From Candidatus Latescibacterota bacterium (GTDB lineage: Bacteria > Latescibacterota > UBA2968 > UBA8231), in NCBI GenBank assembly GCA_965203175.1, contig OZ241867.1:640001-704000 (forward strand): DNA of 64,000 nt, in the 5' to 3' direction. The number at the start of each line of letters is the position of its first letter. Positions within the stretch are counted from its first letter, which is position 1. This document shows positions 56,096 to 64,000 of this stretch, one piece after another. The translations under genes and the position numbers were made by a program. Under the pieces are notes generated by a model. The model saw nothing but the letters and a program-made list of their open reading frames with translations, was not told the origin of the DNA and did no database searches.

Positions 56096-56884
56096 ATGAA
56101 CGCAGACGACAAATACCTCTTTGACCTGACGGGCTATTTGGTCCTCAAAGACGTGCTGACCGCCGAGGAAGTAGCCCAGCTCAACGCCGGCATCGACCGC
56201 CACCGCAACCTTATGAGCGAGATCGACCGCCCGCTGTCCGGCGACTCAAAGACGATGCAAGGCACCTCGCGACGCAAGGACTTAGGCGGCATGTTGGCTT
56301 GGGATCGACCCTGGTGCGAGCCGTTTCGCGAGTTGCTGATACACCCTCGTATCAAGCCCTATCTCGAAGAAATCTTGGGCCGGGGGTATCGCCTCGATCA
56401 CGGGCCGGGGCTGATCGCCATGGACACAGGCTGCGAGGGCGGGCTTTTGCACGGCGGTGGGGTGGAGCGCGGGGACATCTCCGAAGTGTACTTCTTTAAG
56501 AACGACCGCATCTTCACCGGGCTGACCGTGGTCGAGTATCTGCTAGCCGACGAGGGGCCGGGCGACGGGGGCGTGGCGGTGGTACCGGGTAGCCACAAGG
56601 CCAACTTAGCCTGTCCGCGGAGCATGATTAAGTGGGAAAAGCACCAAGAGCACGTGCTCGAAGTAAACGGCAAGGCCGGCGACGCTGTGATCTTCACCGA
56701 GACCTTGACGCACGGCACGCTGCCGTGGACGGCCGCACACGAGCGGCGGGCACTGCTGTACAAGTTCAGCCCAGGCACCCTATCCTATGGCTCGGGCGCG
56801 CACCAGACGGCGTATTCCGAGTACATCGAGGACATGACTGAGGAAGAGCGGGCCGTGATGGAAGCGCCGCACATTAGGCGGTAA
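56096..56884 (+). CDS. PhyH family Fe/2OG oxygenase (LHGG variant)
   Basis: Start ATG 56096 with RBS AGGAG; YLFDLTGY, LHGG, VPGSHKAN, HGTLPW, RRALLYKF. Confidence 0.88.
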   Translation: MNADDKYLFDLTGYLVLKDVLTAEEVAQLNAGIDRHRNLMSEIDRPLSGDSKTMQGTSRRKDLGGMLAWDRPWCEPFRELLIHPRIKPYLEEILGRGYRLDHGPGLIAMDTGCEGGLLHGGGVERGDISEVYFFKNDRIFTGLTVVEYLLADEGPGDGGVAVVPGSHKANLACPRSMIKWEKHQEHVLEVNGKAGDAVIFTETLTHGTLPWTAAHERRALLYKFSPGTLSYGSGAHQTAYSEYIEDMTEEERAVMEAPHIRR

Positions 56885-56949
56885 AAATAGTCCGAGTGAG
56901 CTACGTGAAAGGGTAAGTACTTAAATTCTTTTTTCGCTCTTCGCCTCGC

Positions 56950-58134
56950 TCAGACCAAGGCCATGAGAAATTTGCTGGCTGGTACCACCCGGACGCCGGT
57001 GGTGCGATCCAAGTAATCGTGCTGGTCGGATGCCGTCACACAATAGCGCTGTTCGATCCCCAGCTTGTCGGCGAAATAGCGGAGAGGCCCCAAGCCTTTG
57101 GGTGCCCCGACTTTGCACTCCACCAAGAACCAAGGCTCACCTTCCCATACCACCAAGAAATCAACTTCGCGCTTCTCCAGATCGCGCAGATAGTACAACG
57201 CGGCGTCAATGCCGTGGCTATCCTCGTAGTAATGGCAGAATTTCAACAGATGGGCCGCAACCATATTCTCAAAGCGGGGTCCTTCCTCCTCCGCTTCGGA
57301 CCAGTCCCACAGGTAGTACTTGCCCTCCTTTTTGAGGGCCCGTTCTAGACGCCGGTGATAGGGGGGCACGCGAAACAGATAGTAGTTGCGGGCCAGCAAC
57401 TCGATCCAATTCTTGACGGTTTTGGGGCTAGCTTCGACATCTTCAGCTATATTGCTGATCGACAGAGGCGAGCCGACTCGTCCGGGAATCAGGCTGCCTA
57501 GCAGTTCGACTTGGGCCAAGGCGCGCACAGTCTCGGTCTCGCGGATATCCTCCCGGAATACCCGCTCAAAGCGCTCTTTCTGCCAGCGTTTAAGGGTGCG
57601 CTGACGAGCGGCAATACAGGGTTCGGGAAAGCCACCGAAGGTGAGCAACGTGTCCAAATCGCCACCTGCTTGGTCAAAAATCAAGCTGGGCCGCTCGGTG
57701 GGAAAGGGCAACATGGCCGCGCTAGGGGCGTTCAATTCGCGCAGGGAGAAGGGATGGAGGCGGTAATAGCGGTAGCGCCCCAAGAGCGAATCGCCGCCCC
57801 GCCGGAAAATGTCGAGTCGGGAACTGCCCGTGACCATGATGCGCTGGTCAGATGGGCGGGTATCCCACAGCCCCTTGACCAGCCCTTTCCACCGGGGATA
57901 TTTGTGGATTTCGTCGAAAATGAGAAGCTCGGTCTCAGGGGGCCAATGCCCGTCGAGCAGGGCGCGGCGGTGAGCGCGGTTGTCCCAGTTCAGATAGGTC
58001 GTTGCCTTGAAATCCTTGCCGACCAACCGCGCCAGCGTGGTCTTGCCCACCTGTCTGGGGCCACCGACAAAGACCATGCGCTGGTCCAAGTCTTCTGCGA
58101 TATGGCTTTCGAGATAGCGGCGCTGGAAGGGCAT
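56950..58134 (-). CDS. AAA_14 + DUF4143 ATP-binding protein
   Basis: GPRQVGKTT, FDEIHK, TGSS, GGFPE, KYYLWD, FENMV, EVDF, VECK. Confidence 0.92.
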   Translation of the reverse strand: MPFQRRYLESHIAEDLDQRMVFVGGPRQVGKTTLARLVGKDFKATTYLNWDNRAHRRALLDGHWPPETELLIFDEIHKYPRWKGLVKGLWDTRPSDQRIMVTGSSRLDIFRRGGDSLLGRYRYYRLHPFSLRELNAPSAAMLPFPTERPSLIFDQAGGDLDTLLTFGGFPEPCIAARQRTLKRWQKERFERVFREDIRETETVRALAQVELLGSLIPGRVGSPLSISNIAEDVEASPKTVKNWIELLARNYYLFRVPPYHRRLERALKKEGKYYLWDWSEAEEEGPRFENMVAAHLLKFCHYYEDSHGIDAALYYLRDLEKREVDFLVVWEGEPWFLVECKVGAPKGLGPLRYFADKLGIEQRYCVTASDQHDYLDRTTGVRVVPASKFLMALV

Positions 58135-58171
58135 GGGCAATTCCCCGAAACGCGAGATACGTCACCATGAG

Positions 58172-58231
58172 AAAATGGACCCCAACTCCAAAATTATCAA
58201 TACAAAAATGGAGTTGACTCCCAAATTATCA
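58172..58231. promoter_or_regulatory. Tandem/inverted operator-like repeat in divergent promoter region
   Basis: AAAATGGA-ccccaACTCCaAAATTATCA and AAAATGGA-gttgACTCCcAAATTATCA; inverted CAACTCCA / TGGAGTTG. Confidence 0.55.
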
Positions 58232-58250
58232 CGCTAGAAAGGAGCATTCC

Positions 58251-59291
58251 ATGACAGAGCGAAGGGTGGATTTGCGCAGCGATACAGTGACCCGGCCGAC
58301 CGAGGCGATGCGGGCGGCCATGATGGCGGCACCCGTGGGCGACGACGCGTACGGCGAAGATCCCACGGTCAATCGGCTGGAAGAACTAGCGGCCGCCAAA
58401 GTGGGCATGGAGGCAGGGCTGTACGTGCCCTCTGGCTCCATGGGCAACCGCTGTGCCTTAGAGGCGCACACGCGGCCGGGCGACGAGGTATTGTACGGGG
58501 CCGGGGCACACGTCTTTGGCGGATACCGGGCCCAATCCGCGGCCGAAGCCTGTCTAGCCGCGCGCTCAGTACCGCTGGAATTCGGCGTCATGCAGCCCGA
58601 GCAAGTAGAAGAGATCGCGGACCAGGCCAACCCCAATCGCGCCCGTCCCTCGCTAGTGTGGATTGAGAATCCGCACAATTTGAGCGGCGGCTCGGCTTGG
58701 TTGCCCGCCCAAGTGGAAGCCGTGGCCTCGGCCGCCCACAAACACGAACTCAATTTGCACATTGACGGAGCGCGCATCTTCAACGCGGCCGTAGCCATGG
58801 GCGTGGATGTGCGCGCCTATACCGAACACGCCGATTCAGTGATGTTCTGCGCTTCCAAGGGGCTCAGCGCGCCCGTGGGCTCGCTGTTGTGCGGGCGGCG
58901 CGAGTTTATCGAGCGGGCCCGGCAGGTGCGTTCGCGCCTAGGCGGCGCCATGCGACAGGCCGGGATTGTCGCGGCCGGAGCCATCGTGGCCATAGAGACC
59001 ATGATCGAGCGCCTAGCCGAGGACCAGGCCCACGCCCAATTGCTGCACGAGGGTCTAGCCGACATTGACGGACTCGAATCCATCCAACCGCCGCACCCGA
59101 CCAATTTTGTGACCGTGGATTGCAGCCGTCTGGGCTGGAGCAGCCAGGGATTGGTCGACCGCTGGAAGGCTTGCGGCATCCTGAGCCACCCCCGCCCGCC
59201 ACACCGGGTGCGCCTAGTTTTTCACCGCCACATCAAGGCGGACGATGTCGAGTACGTCCTAGCCTGTACCCGGCGTCTAGTGGATCATTGA
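58251..59291 (+). CDS. ltaE: Low-specificity L-threonine aldolase family PLP enzyme
   Basis: [50 protein letters not shown]. Confidence 0.85.
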   Translation: MTERRVDLRSDTVTRPTEAMRAAMMAAPVGDDAYGEDPTVNRLEELAAAKVGMEAGLYVPSGSMGNRCALEAHTRPGDEVLYGAGAHVFGGYRAQSAAEACLAARSVPLEFGVMQPEQVEEIADQANPNRARPSLVWIENPHNLSGGSAWLPAQVEAVASAAHKHELNLHIDGARIFNAAVAMGVDVRAYTEHADSVMFCASKGLSAPVGSLLCGRREFIERARQVRSRLGGAMRQAGIVAAGAIVAIETMIERLAEDQAHAQLLHEGLADIDGLESIQPPHPTNFVTVDCSRLGWSSQGLVDRWKACGILSHPRPPHRVRLVFHRHIKADDVEYVLACTRRLVDH

Positions 59292-59295
59292 AAAA

Positions 59296-61143
59296 TTACT
59301 TAGCCTCGCGCAGCAGGAACACGCGGTCGCTGTTGAAGAAGTCGCCAACCCGCTTGTCGCGGTACGCACCACCAGCGATCAACAAACGGCCGTTGACAAC
59401 AGCAGCAGCAGCCCAGCTAACCGGCGAGGGCACGTCGGGACCGCGATGCCACTGGCCGGTAGCCGGTGTGTAGGCAAAGCTCGCCGTCTGGCCGCTTTTG
59501 GCCCCCCGTCCTCCCATGACCCAGACGCTGCCGTCGAAGGCCGTACTCAGCGGAGCACCAGGAGGTCGCGACGGGTGCTCAATCTCGCTCCAGCTATCCT
59601 GCTCGGGGTCATAGACGAACAGACCCGGGCATTGGGACGCGGGGCCCGCGGCAATGTAGATCTTGCCATCCAGAACGCAGCCGCTCGCCTGAAACACCGG
59701 GCCGGGCGCAGGAGCGTCAACTCGCCAACTCGTCTCCCCGGTTCCGATGCTCAGGACCTCTGCCGTCGGGCTTTCGTCGTCGGCACCGCCCACGGCGTAC
59801 AACCGGTCATTGACGGTCAAAGCCACCACTTGACCTGCTTTGCGCGGTAGCGGCGGGCCAAGGCGATAACTCCGCGTATGGGGATCGAAAATCTCGACAG
59901 TCTCCGTCGCCCGCGTCCCGCCACCAGCGCGGAAAAGGCCCCCCAAAAGCCATAACTCGTCGTCGAGAGCGGCGATGCCAGAATAAGCCTTGCCCGGCTC
60001 CAGCATGGGCGGCTCCACGCGCCAAGTGCCCGAGGGAATGTGGTAGGACCACACGTGATCGAGGTTTACCCACTCCGCCGCGGGCCAGCCGAAGAAGGTC
60101 TTGCCCCCAGCGGTGTACAGACGGTCGCCGATGTGGGCAAAGATGTGGTCGTGGTTGCCCGCTGGCATCCTCGGCTGCTCGTCCCAGTGCTCGTGCCAAG
60201 CTTGCTCGAGGTCGGTGAGACGCTCAACCTGTCCCGCCCTCAATACCCAAAGACTACCAGACCGGGCGTGCAGCAGCGCCTGCACCGGACCACCCCCATC
60301 CGTCTGAATCTCCCGCCAAGCCGGCGGACCGTCGGCATCCACAGTCAACTCGCGCAGGCTACCATCGGCAAAGCCGACTACGATCTGATCACCGCCGCGC
60401 GCAATCGCGGTAATGCGAGCATCGACGGGGTTGGCAAAGGAGCGATGAGGCCCGGACGAGCGGGGATCGGCGCGCAGGACGGAGGCCTCCAAGGCCACCC
60501 AGACAAAACCAGCGTCGTCGGTGACAGCACCCTGCCAGGAGCTAGCGAGTTGATTCGCAGGCAGGTCGAGGAGCTGCCAGCCGTGGGGACGTTGGTCCGT
60601 CAGGACGGCGACATCCCGCCGCTGGCCATCGTCAGCAATAGCCCACACATTGCCGAAGGGATCGTCGCACACTGGCGTGATCGCCCACCCGGGTGGAGAG
60701 AACGGCGCGGCCTCGAACATGGCGTCGCCCCGACGCACGGCACCGCACCCAGCACACCAGACATCGCCCCAGCGCGTCGCCAGCAATGGTCCCGGCGACC
60801 CTTGGACAAGGAAAGAAGGCGTCCGAGAAACCGGCTCGCCCCCTTGGCGCGGGAAGCGCAAGACCTCGTCGTCGCGGGCCATCCACACATCCCCATCGGG
60901 GGCAATCTGCAGGCCCTGGACGCGCCCCTCGGCAACGACCTCCCAAGTGTCGGTGTCATCAGAGGCGTTGCGAGCGATGATCCCTTCGGAGCCGAGGACA
61001 GCAACGTAGATTCGTCCGTCGCGATCTTCGAGGAGAAGGCCCGGCCCGGCAGGCAAGGTATCGGCCGCGGCAAGTCCAGCGGAAATGACCATGAGGAAAC
61101 CTATTCGATAGAGGAATCGGAGTGAGATGGAATCAAGTAGCAT
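59296..61143 (-). CDS. Double beta-propeller protein (regulator-propeller-like N-terminus + Kelch repeats)
   Basis: D..G.VW repeats, then LYTAGG, LWLLGG, LYAVGG, VWVMGG, LLIAGG Kelch blades; start 61143 or 61092. Confidence 0.75.
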   Translation of the reverse strand: MLLDSISLRFLYRIGFLMVISAGLAAADTLPAGPGLLLEDRDGRIYVAVLGSEGIIARNASDDTDTWEVVAEGRVQGLQIAPDGDVWMARDDEVLRFPRQGGEPVSRTPSFLVQGSPGPLLATRWGDVWCAGCGAVRRGDAMFEAAPFSPPGWAITPVCDDPFGNVWAIADDGQRRDVAVLTDQRPHGWQLLDLPANQLASSWQGAVTDDAGFVWVALEASVLRADPRSSGPHRSFANPVDARITAIARGGDQIVVGFADGSLRELTVDADGPPAWREIQTDGGGPVQALLHARSGSLWVLRAGQVERLTDLEQAWHEHWDEQPRMPAGNHDHIFAHIGDRLYTAGGKTFFGWPAAEWVNLDHVWSYHIPSGTWRVEPPMLEPGKAYSGIAALDDELWLLGGLFRAGGGTRATETVEIFDPHTRSYRLGPPLPRKAGQVVALTVNDRLYAVGGADDESPTAEVLSIGTGETSWRVDAPAPGPVFQASGCVLDGKIYIAAGPASQCPGLFVYDPEQDSWSEIEHPSRPPGAPLSTAFDGSVWVMGGRGAKSGQTASFAYTPATGQWHRGPDVPSPVSWAAAAVVNGRLLIAGGAYRDKRVGDFFNSDRVFLLREAK

Positions 61144-61332
61144 CGTGTCCAGCTTTCTTTGTTTGCAGGGTACGTCCTCTGTCGTTTCAATACTTGAGAA
61201 GTTGCAATAATAGATACCTGCCCAGAGGCGGTCAATCTCGACGATAATTGCACAAGACGGGCTTTTTCGTTCTATTGACCCCGTAACGTTCGGCTCGACA
61301 ACTTCGCGCTGATACCACATGGCGAGGCCCCT

Positions 61333-62520
61333 ATGACCAGTACCCTGACCAATCAACAGATCGCCGACTACCGCGCAAACGGCTACCTCATCATCCGCGA
61401 TGTCGTCTCTTCTCAGGAGACCTCCGAGCTGCGAAGCATCGTCCAGCGGATGGCCCGCGCAGGAGCGTATCCATCCTCTCTGAAATACCCCACACCCGGC
61501 AAGTACACCATCAGCGGCAACCGGATCGCCGAGCCCGGATTGTCTCCCATTGCCGAGCATCCTGCGGTCGTCGACGCGGTCGAAGCCATACTTGGACAAC
61601 CCACTCATCTGACCGCGTACGTCGCCTATCTGCGCTCCCCTAGCGACAAAGGCGGCGGCGCTCACTGCGACTACAAGCGCTGGCGCCCCGTGGGTTCCTC
61701 CATGCGTTGGCTCTTCGCCATCATCCCACTAAACGACTTCAACCGCGAATACGGCCCACTGCTCGTCTCGCCCGGATCACACAAACTCGCGCAAGTCATC
61801 GACCCAGATGCTCACATCTTGGATCTCACGCGCCCCGATCCCGAGCAACTGCCCGACTTCATCGATCCCGAACTCAAAGCCGGCGACCTGCTGCTGATGG
61901 ATATGCATACTTGGCACAAGGCACCGGGAGGAACCACCTCTGACGACCGCGTTGGGATTTTCAACAAGTACTGCGCCGTCAACGCACCGCCCGCCGCAGG
62001 CTACTATTCCTACGACCGCACCGCCTACGAAGCGTTGAGCGACGCTGGCAAACGGCTAATACCCCTCCACTTCGACCAACCGATCACCGACACCCGTCTG
62101 CTCATCGAATCGACATCCGATTCAGAGTCTCGTTATCTCCTCACCAGCACTGACGGCAATGGAAGCTGGGAACTGCCCGGCGGCACAGGCTGGGAAGAAG
62201 AAAGGGTCGGCTGGGACGTCGGCGCTCGAATCGGCTCCTTGCAGTCGCTCATCAAGAATCAGTTAAACGTCGATATCCCTTGGGCATCCTACATCGAAGA
62301 CGTCGTAACCGATGGCGGCGTCTCTCGACTCTACGGGTATGCAGACGCTGAAGTGGATCGCGGATCACTTGGCGATGGAAACTGGTTCACGCAAGACCAA
62401 CTCCTGAACATGCTCGGCGAGTCGCACGCCATCTGCCGCGCTGTCTCCACATGGCACAGAGAGGATCTAATTCGGGGCAGGGGCAAGGCGGTCAGCCAGA
62501 GCCGACAGCAATTCGAATAG
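61333..62520 (+). CDS. PhyH family dioxygenase fused to a degenerate NUDIX-like C-terminal domain
   Basis: YRANGYLII, HCD, SPGSH, TWHKA..R; C-terminal RYLL....GSWELPGG. Confidence 0.8.
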   Translation: MTSTLTNQQIADYRANGYLIIRDVVSSQETSELRSIVQRMARAGAYPSSLKYPTPGKYTISGNRIAEPGLSPIAEHPAVVDAVEAILGQPTHLTAYVAYLRSPSDKGGGAHCDYKRWRPVGSSMRWLFAIIPLNDFNREYGPLLVSPGSHKLAQVIDPDAHILDLTRPDPEQLPDFIDPELKAGDLLLMDMHTWHKAPGGTTSDDRVGIFNKYCAVNAPPAAGYYSYDRTAYEALSDAGKRLIPLHFDQPITDTRLLIESTSDSESRYLLTSTDGNGSWELPGGTGWEEERVGWDVGARIGSLQSLIKNQLNVDIPWASYIEDVVTDGGVSRLYGYADAEVDRGSLGDGNWFTQDQLLNMLGESHAICRAVSTWHREDLIRGRGKAVSQSRQQFE

Positions 62521-62557
62521 GACGGTCTTACCAGCCACGAAGACTAGGCCACTAGGA

Positions 62558-63895
62558 TCATCGAGGTTTGAGATGATCGATGCGCCCTTCCTGGAAATCC
62601 ACTTCCAGCCAAGGGTCGGCTGTGTCGTGGCGGAACTCGTAGAGTTGAGCGCGCATCTGAGCCGCCACCTCCTGCAAGTCGGGGTCGTCAATCCGATTGA
62701 CGCTTTCGGTGGGATCGGCCTCTATATCGTATAACTCCTCGGGCTCCCGCGTGATCACGTGGCGAGTGGGGCGCTGGCCCATAGAGGGAATCGCGTCGCG
62801 CCGCACCGCCGTCCACGTAGTCGAACGAAATAGATCCGTGGGCAGCATGGTGGTGAGACCAGCGGCCAAGTTGCGCACGAATTTGTAGCGCCGGCCGCGC
62901 AGCACCCGGTAGGGATTGTAATCGACCACCTCGTGAAAGCAGTGCGAAAAGAACGTGTACTCCCAGTCGGGGACGGACGGATCGGCTAGTCCCGGCAGGA
63001 GAGAGCGACCGGGCAAGTCCTCGGGAGCGGGAACTCCGCACCAATCGTGCAAGGTGGGGCGGATATCGGTCCAATTGATGAGGGACTGACTACGGGTGCC
63101 GGGGGTAGTGATGCCCGGCACCCGCAGGATAAAGGGGCAGTGGTGGCCGCTGTCGAAGAAGGATGCTTTGGCCCCGGGGAAGGGCATGGCGTGGTCGGTT
63201 GTAACGATGACCAAGGTCTCGTCGGCCCATCCCGATTCCTCCAGTGCGTCGAGCAGACAGCCCACGCCAAAGTCGAAGCGGGAGACCGCCTGATAGTACT
63301 CGGCGAGGTCGGCGCGCACGTCGGGTACGTCGGGCAGATAGGGCGGCACCACCACGTCGTCGGGGCTGTACTGAGTTTCCGGCACGTCGGGATAGGGACG
63401 CTCATTGCCAAAACCCCGACCCGCGCGGTGGGGATCGGTAAACCCCACGTGCATGTAGAACGGCTGGTCGGGGTGAGCGGCCCAAAAGTCGCGCGCGGCA
63501 CGGGCCAATTCGACGCCGTTTCTGGCATTGACTCCAGGCTCAAAGTCGAACGGGTACACACTGGGCGGCTCTACGTGCTTTTTGCCGATGCAAGCCGTGG
63601 CGTATCCATGTTCCTTGAGGCTAGAGAGCGTCGAGGTAATATGGGGGTGCGTGGAGAAACCGTGGATGCCGTGGCAGTGGCCGTACTGGCCGTGGGTGTG
63701 GCTGTGGTATCCAGCGAGGATGCAGGCACGGCTGACCGCGCAGGAAGGGCTAGTGCAGAAGGCTTGCTCGAAGACCGTGCCCTCGCGGGCAAACGCGTCA
63801 ATGCGGGGCGTGCGGACGACGCTATTGCCGTAGCACTCGGCAATGCGGCTCCAGTCGTCGGCAATGAGGAATAGGACGTTGCGCTGGGCAGTCAT
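62558..63895 (-). CDS. Cys-type sulfatase (N-sulfoglucosamine sulfohydrolase-like)
   Basis: NVLFLIADD, SPSCAVSR, GKKHV, DPHR, TTDH..PFPGAK; start ATG 63895. Confidence 0.9.
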   Translation of the reverse strand: MTAQRNVLFLIADDWSRIAECYGNSVVRTPRIDAFAREGTVFEQAFCTSPSCAVSRACILAGYHSHTHGQYGHCHGIHGFSTHPHITSTLSSLKEHGYATACIGKKHVEPPSVYPFDFEPGVNARNGVELARAARDFWAAHPDQPFYMHVGFTDPHRAGRGFGNERPYPDVPETQYSPDDVVVPPYLPDVPDVRADLAEYYQAVSRFDFGVGCLLDALEESGWADETLVIVTTDHAMPFPGAKASFFDSGHHCPFILRVPGITTPGTRSQSLINWTDIRPTLHDWCGVPAPEDLPGRSLLPGLADPSVPDWEYTFFSHCFHEVVDYNPYRVLRGRRYKFVRNLAAGLTTMLPTDLFRSTTWTAVRRDAIPSMGQRPTRHVITREPEELYDIEADPTESVNRIDDPDLQEVAAQMRAQLYEFRHDTADPWLEVDFQEGRIDHLKPR

Positions 63896-64000
63896 AGCGC
63901 AATCAGGCAGAAGCCGATTCAGAGGTGCCCTTGTGCCGCTCGCCGTACGGGATTTCGCACGCCTCATCAACGCATTCGACCCTGCCGAACCGATGCCGAT

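Noticed and set aside
63896-64000. 3' end of a further minus-strand gene at the window edge
   Set aside because: Too short to fix the frame or product

Overview
64 kb of a GC-rich diderm bacterial chromosome with about 53 supportable CDSs. I found no rRNA, tRNA, CRISPR array or transposase. The gene content (five PhyH-type dioxygenases, three Gfo/Idh/MocA oxidoreductases, sulfatase-superfamily enzymes, TPR, receptor-L and FG-GAP repeat proteins, FlgD-Ig-tailed proteins, a DUF6785/6784-like transporter, secreted proteins with a TW[G/A]RIK tail) suggests a marine or sponge-type Candidatus Latescibacterota or Poribacteria-like organism. That assignment is inferred, not searched. The most striking part is a ~32 kb envelope locus (15.3-47.1 kb). 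Its core is a tightly coupled minus-strand operon of three paralogous FlgD-Ig/T9SS-B-like tailed proteins, a large Ca-motif beta-barrel-like protein, a double-parvulin PPIase and a lipoprotein. Around the core are three paralogous secreted acidic proteins, each with its own TTGACA promoter, similar RBS and related terminator. The locus also holds two near-duplicate cytochrome c/FG-GAP proteins, two paralogous TPR lipoproteins, an ASPIC/UnbV-TPR protein, an HTTM membrane protein, an OPT-like transporter and a B12-radical SAM/epimerase/GT-C-like module. I read it as a candidate uncharacterised surface export-and-uptake system. Smaller signals include a low-GC nucleotidyltransferase cassette inserted into a sugar ABC operon with a duplicated gene junction, a REP-like perfect palindrome supplying a stop codon, HxG/HxT-type PhyH enzymes and an operator-like repeat upstream of an AAA-DUF4143 ATPase. 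All family assignments come from motif recognition by eye.
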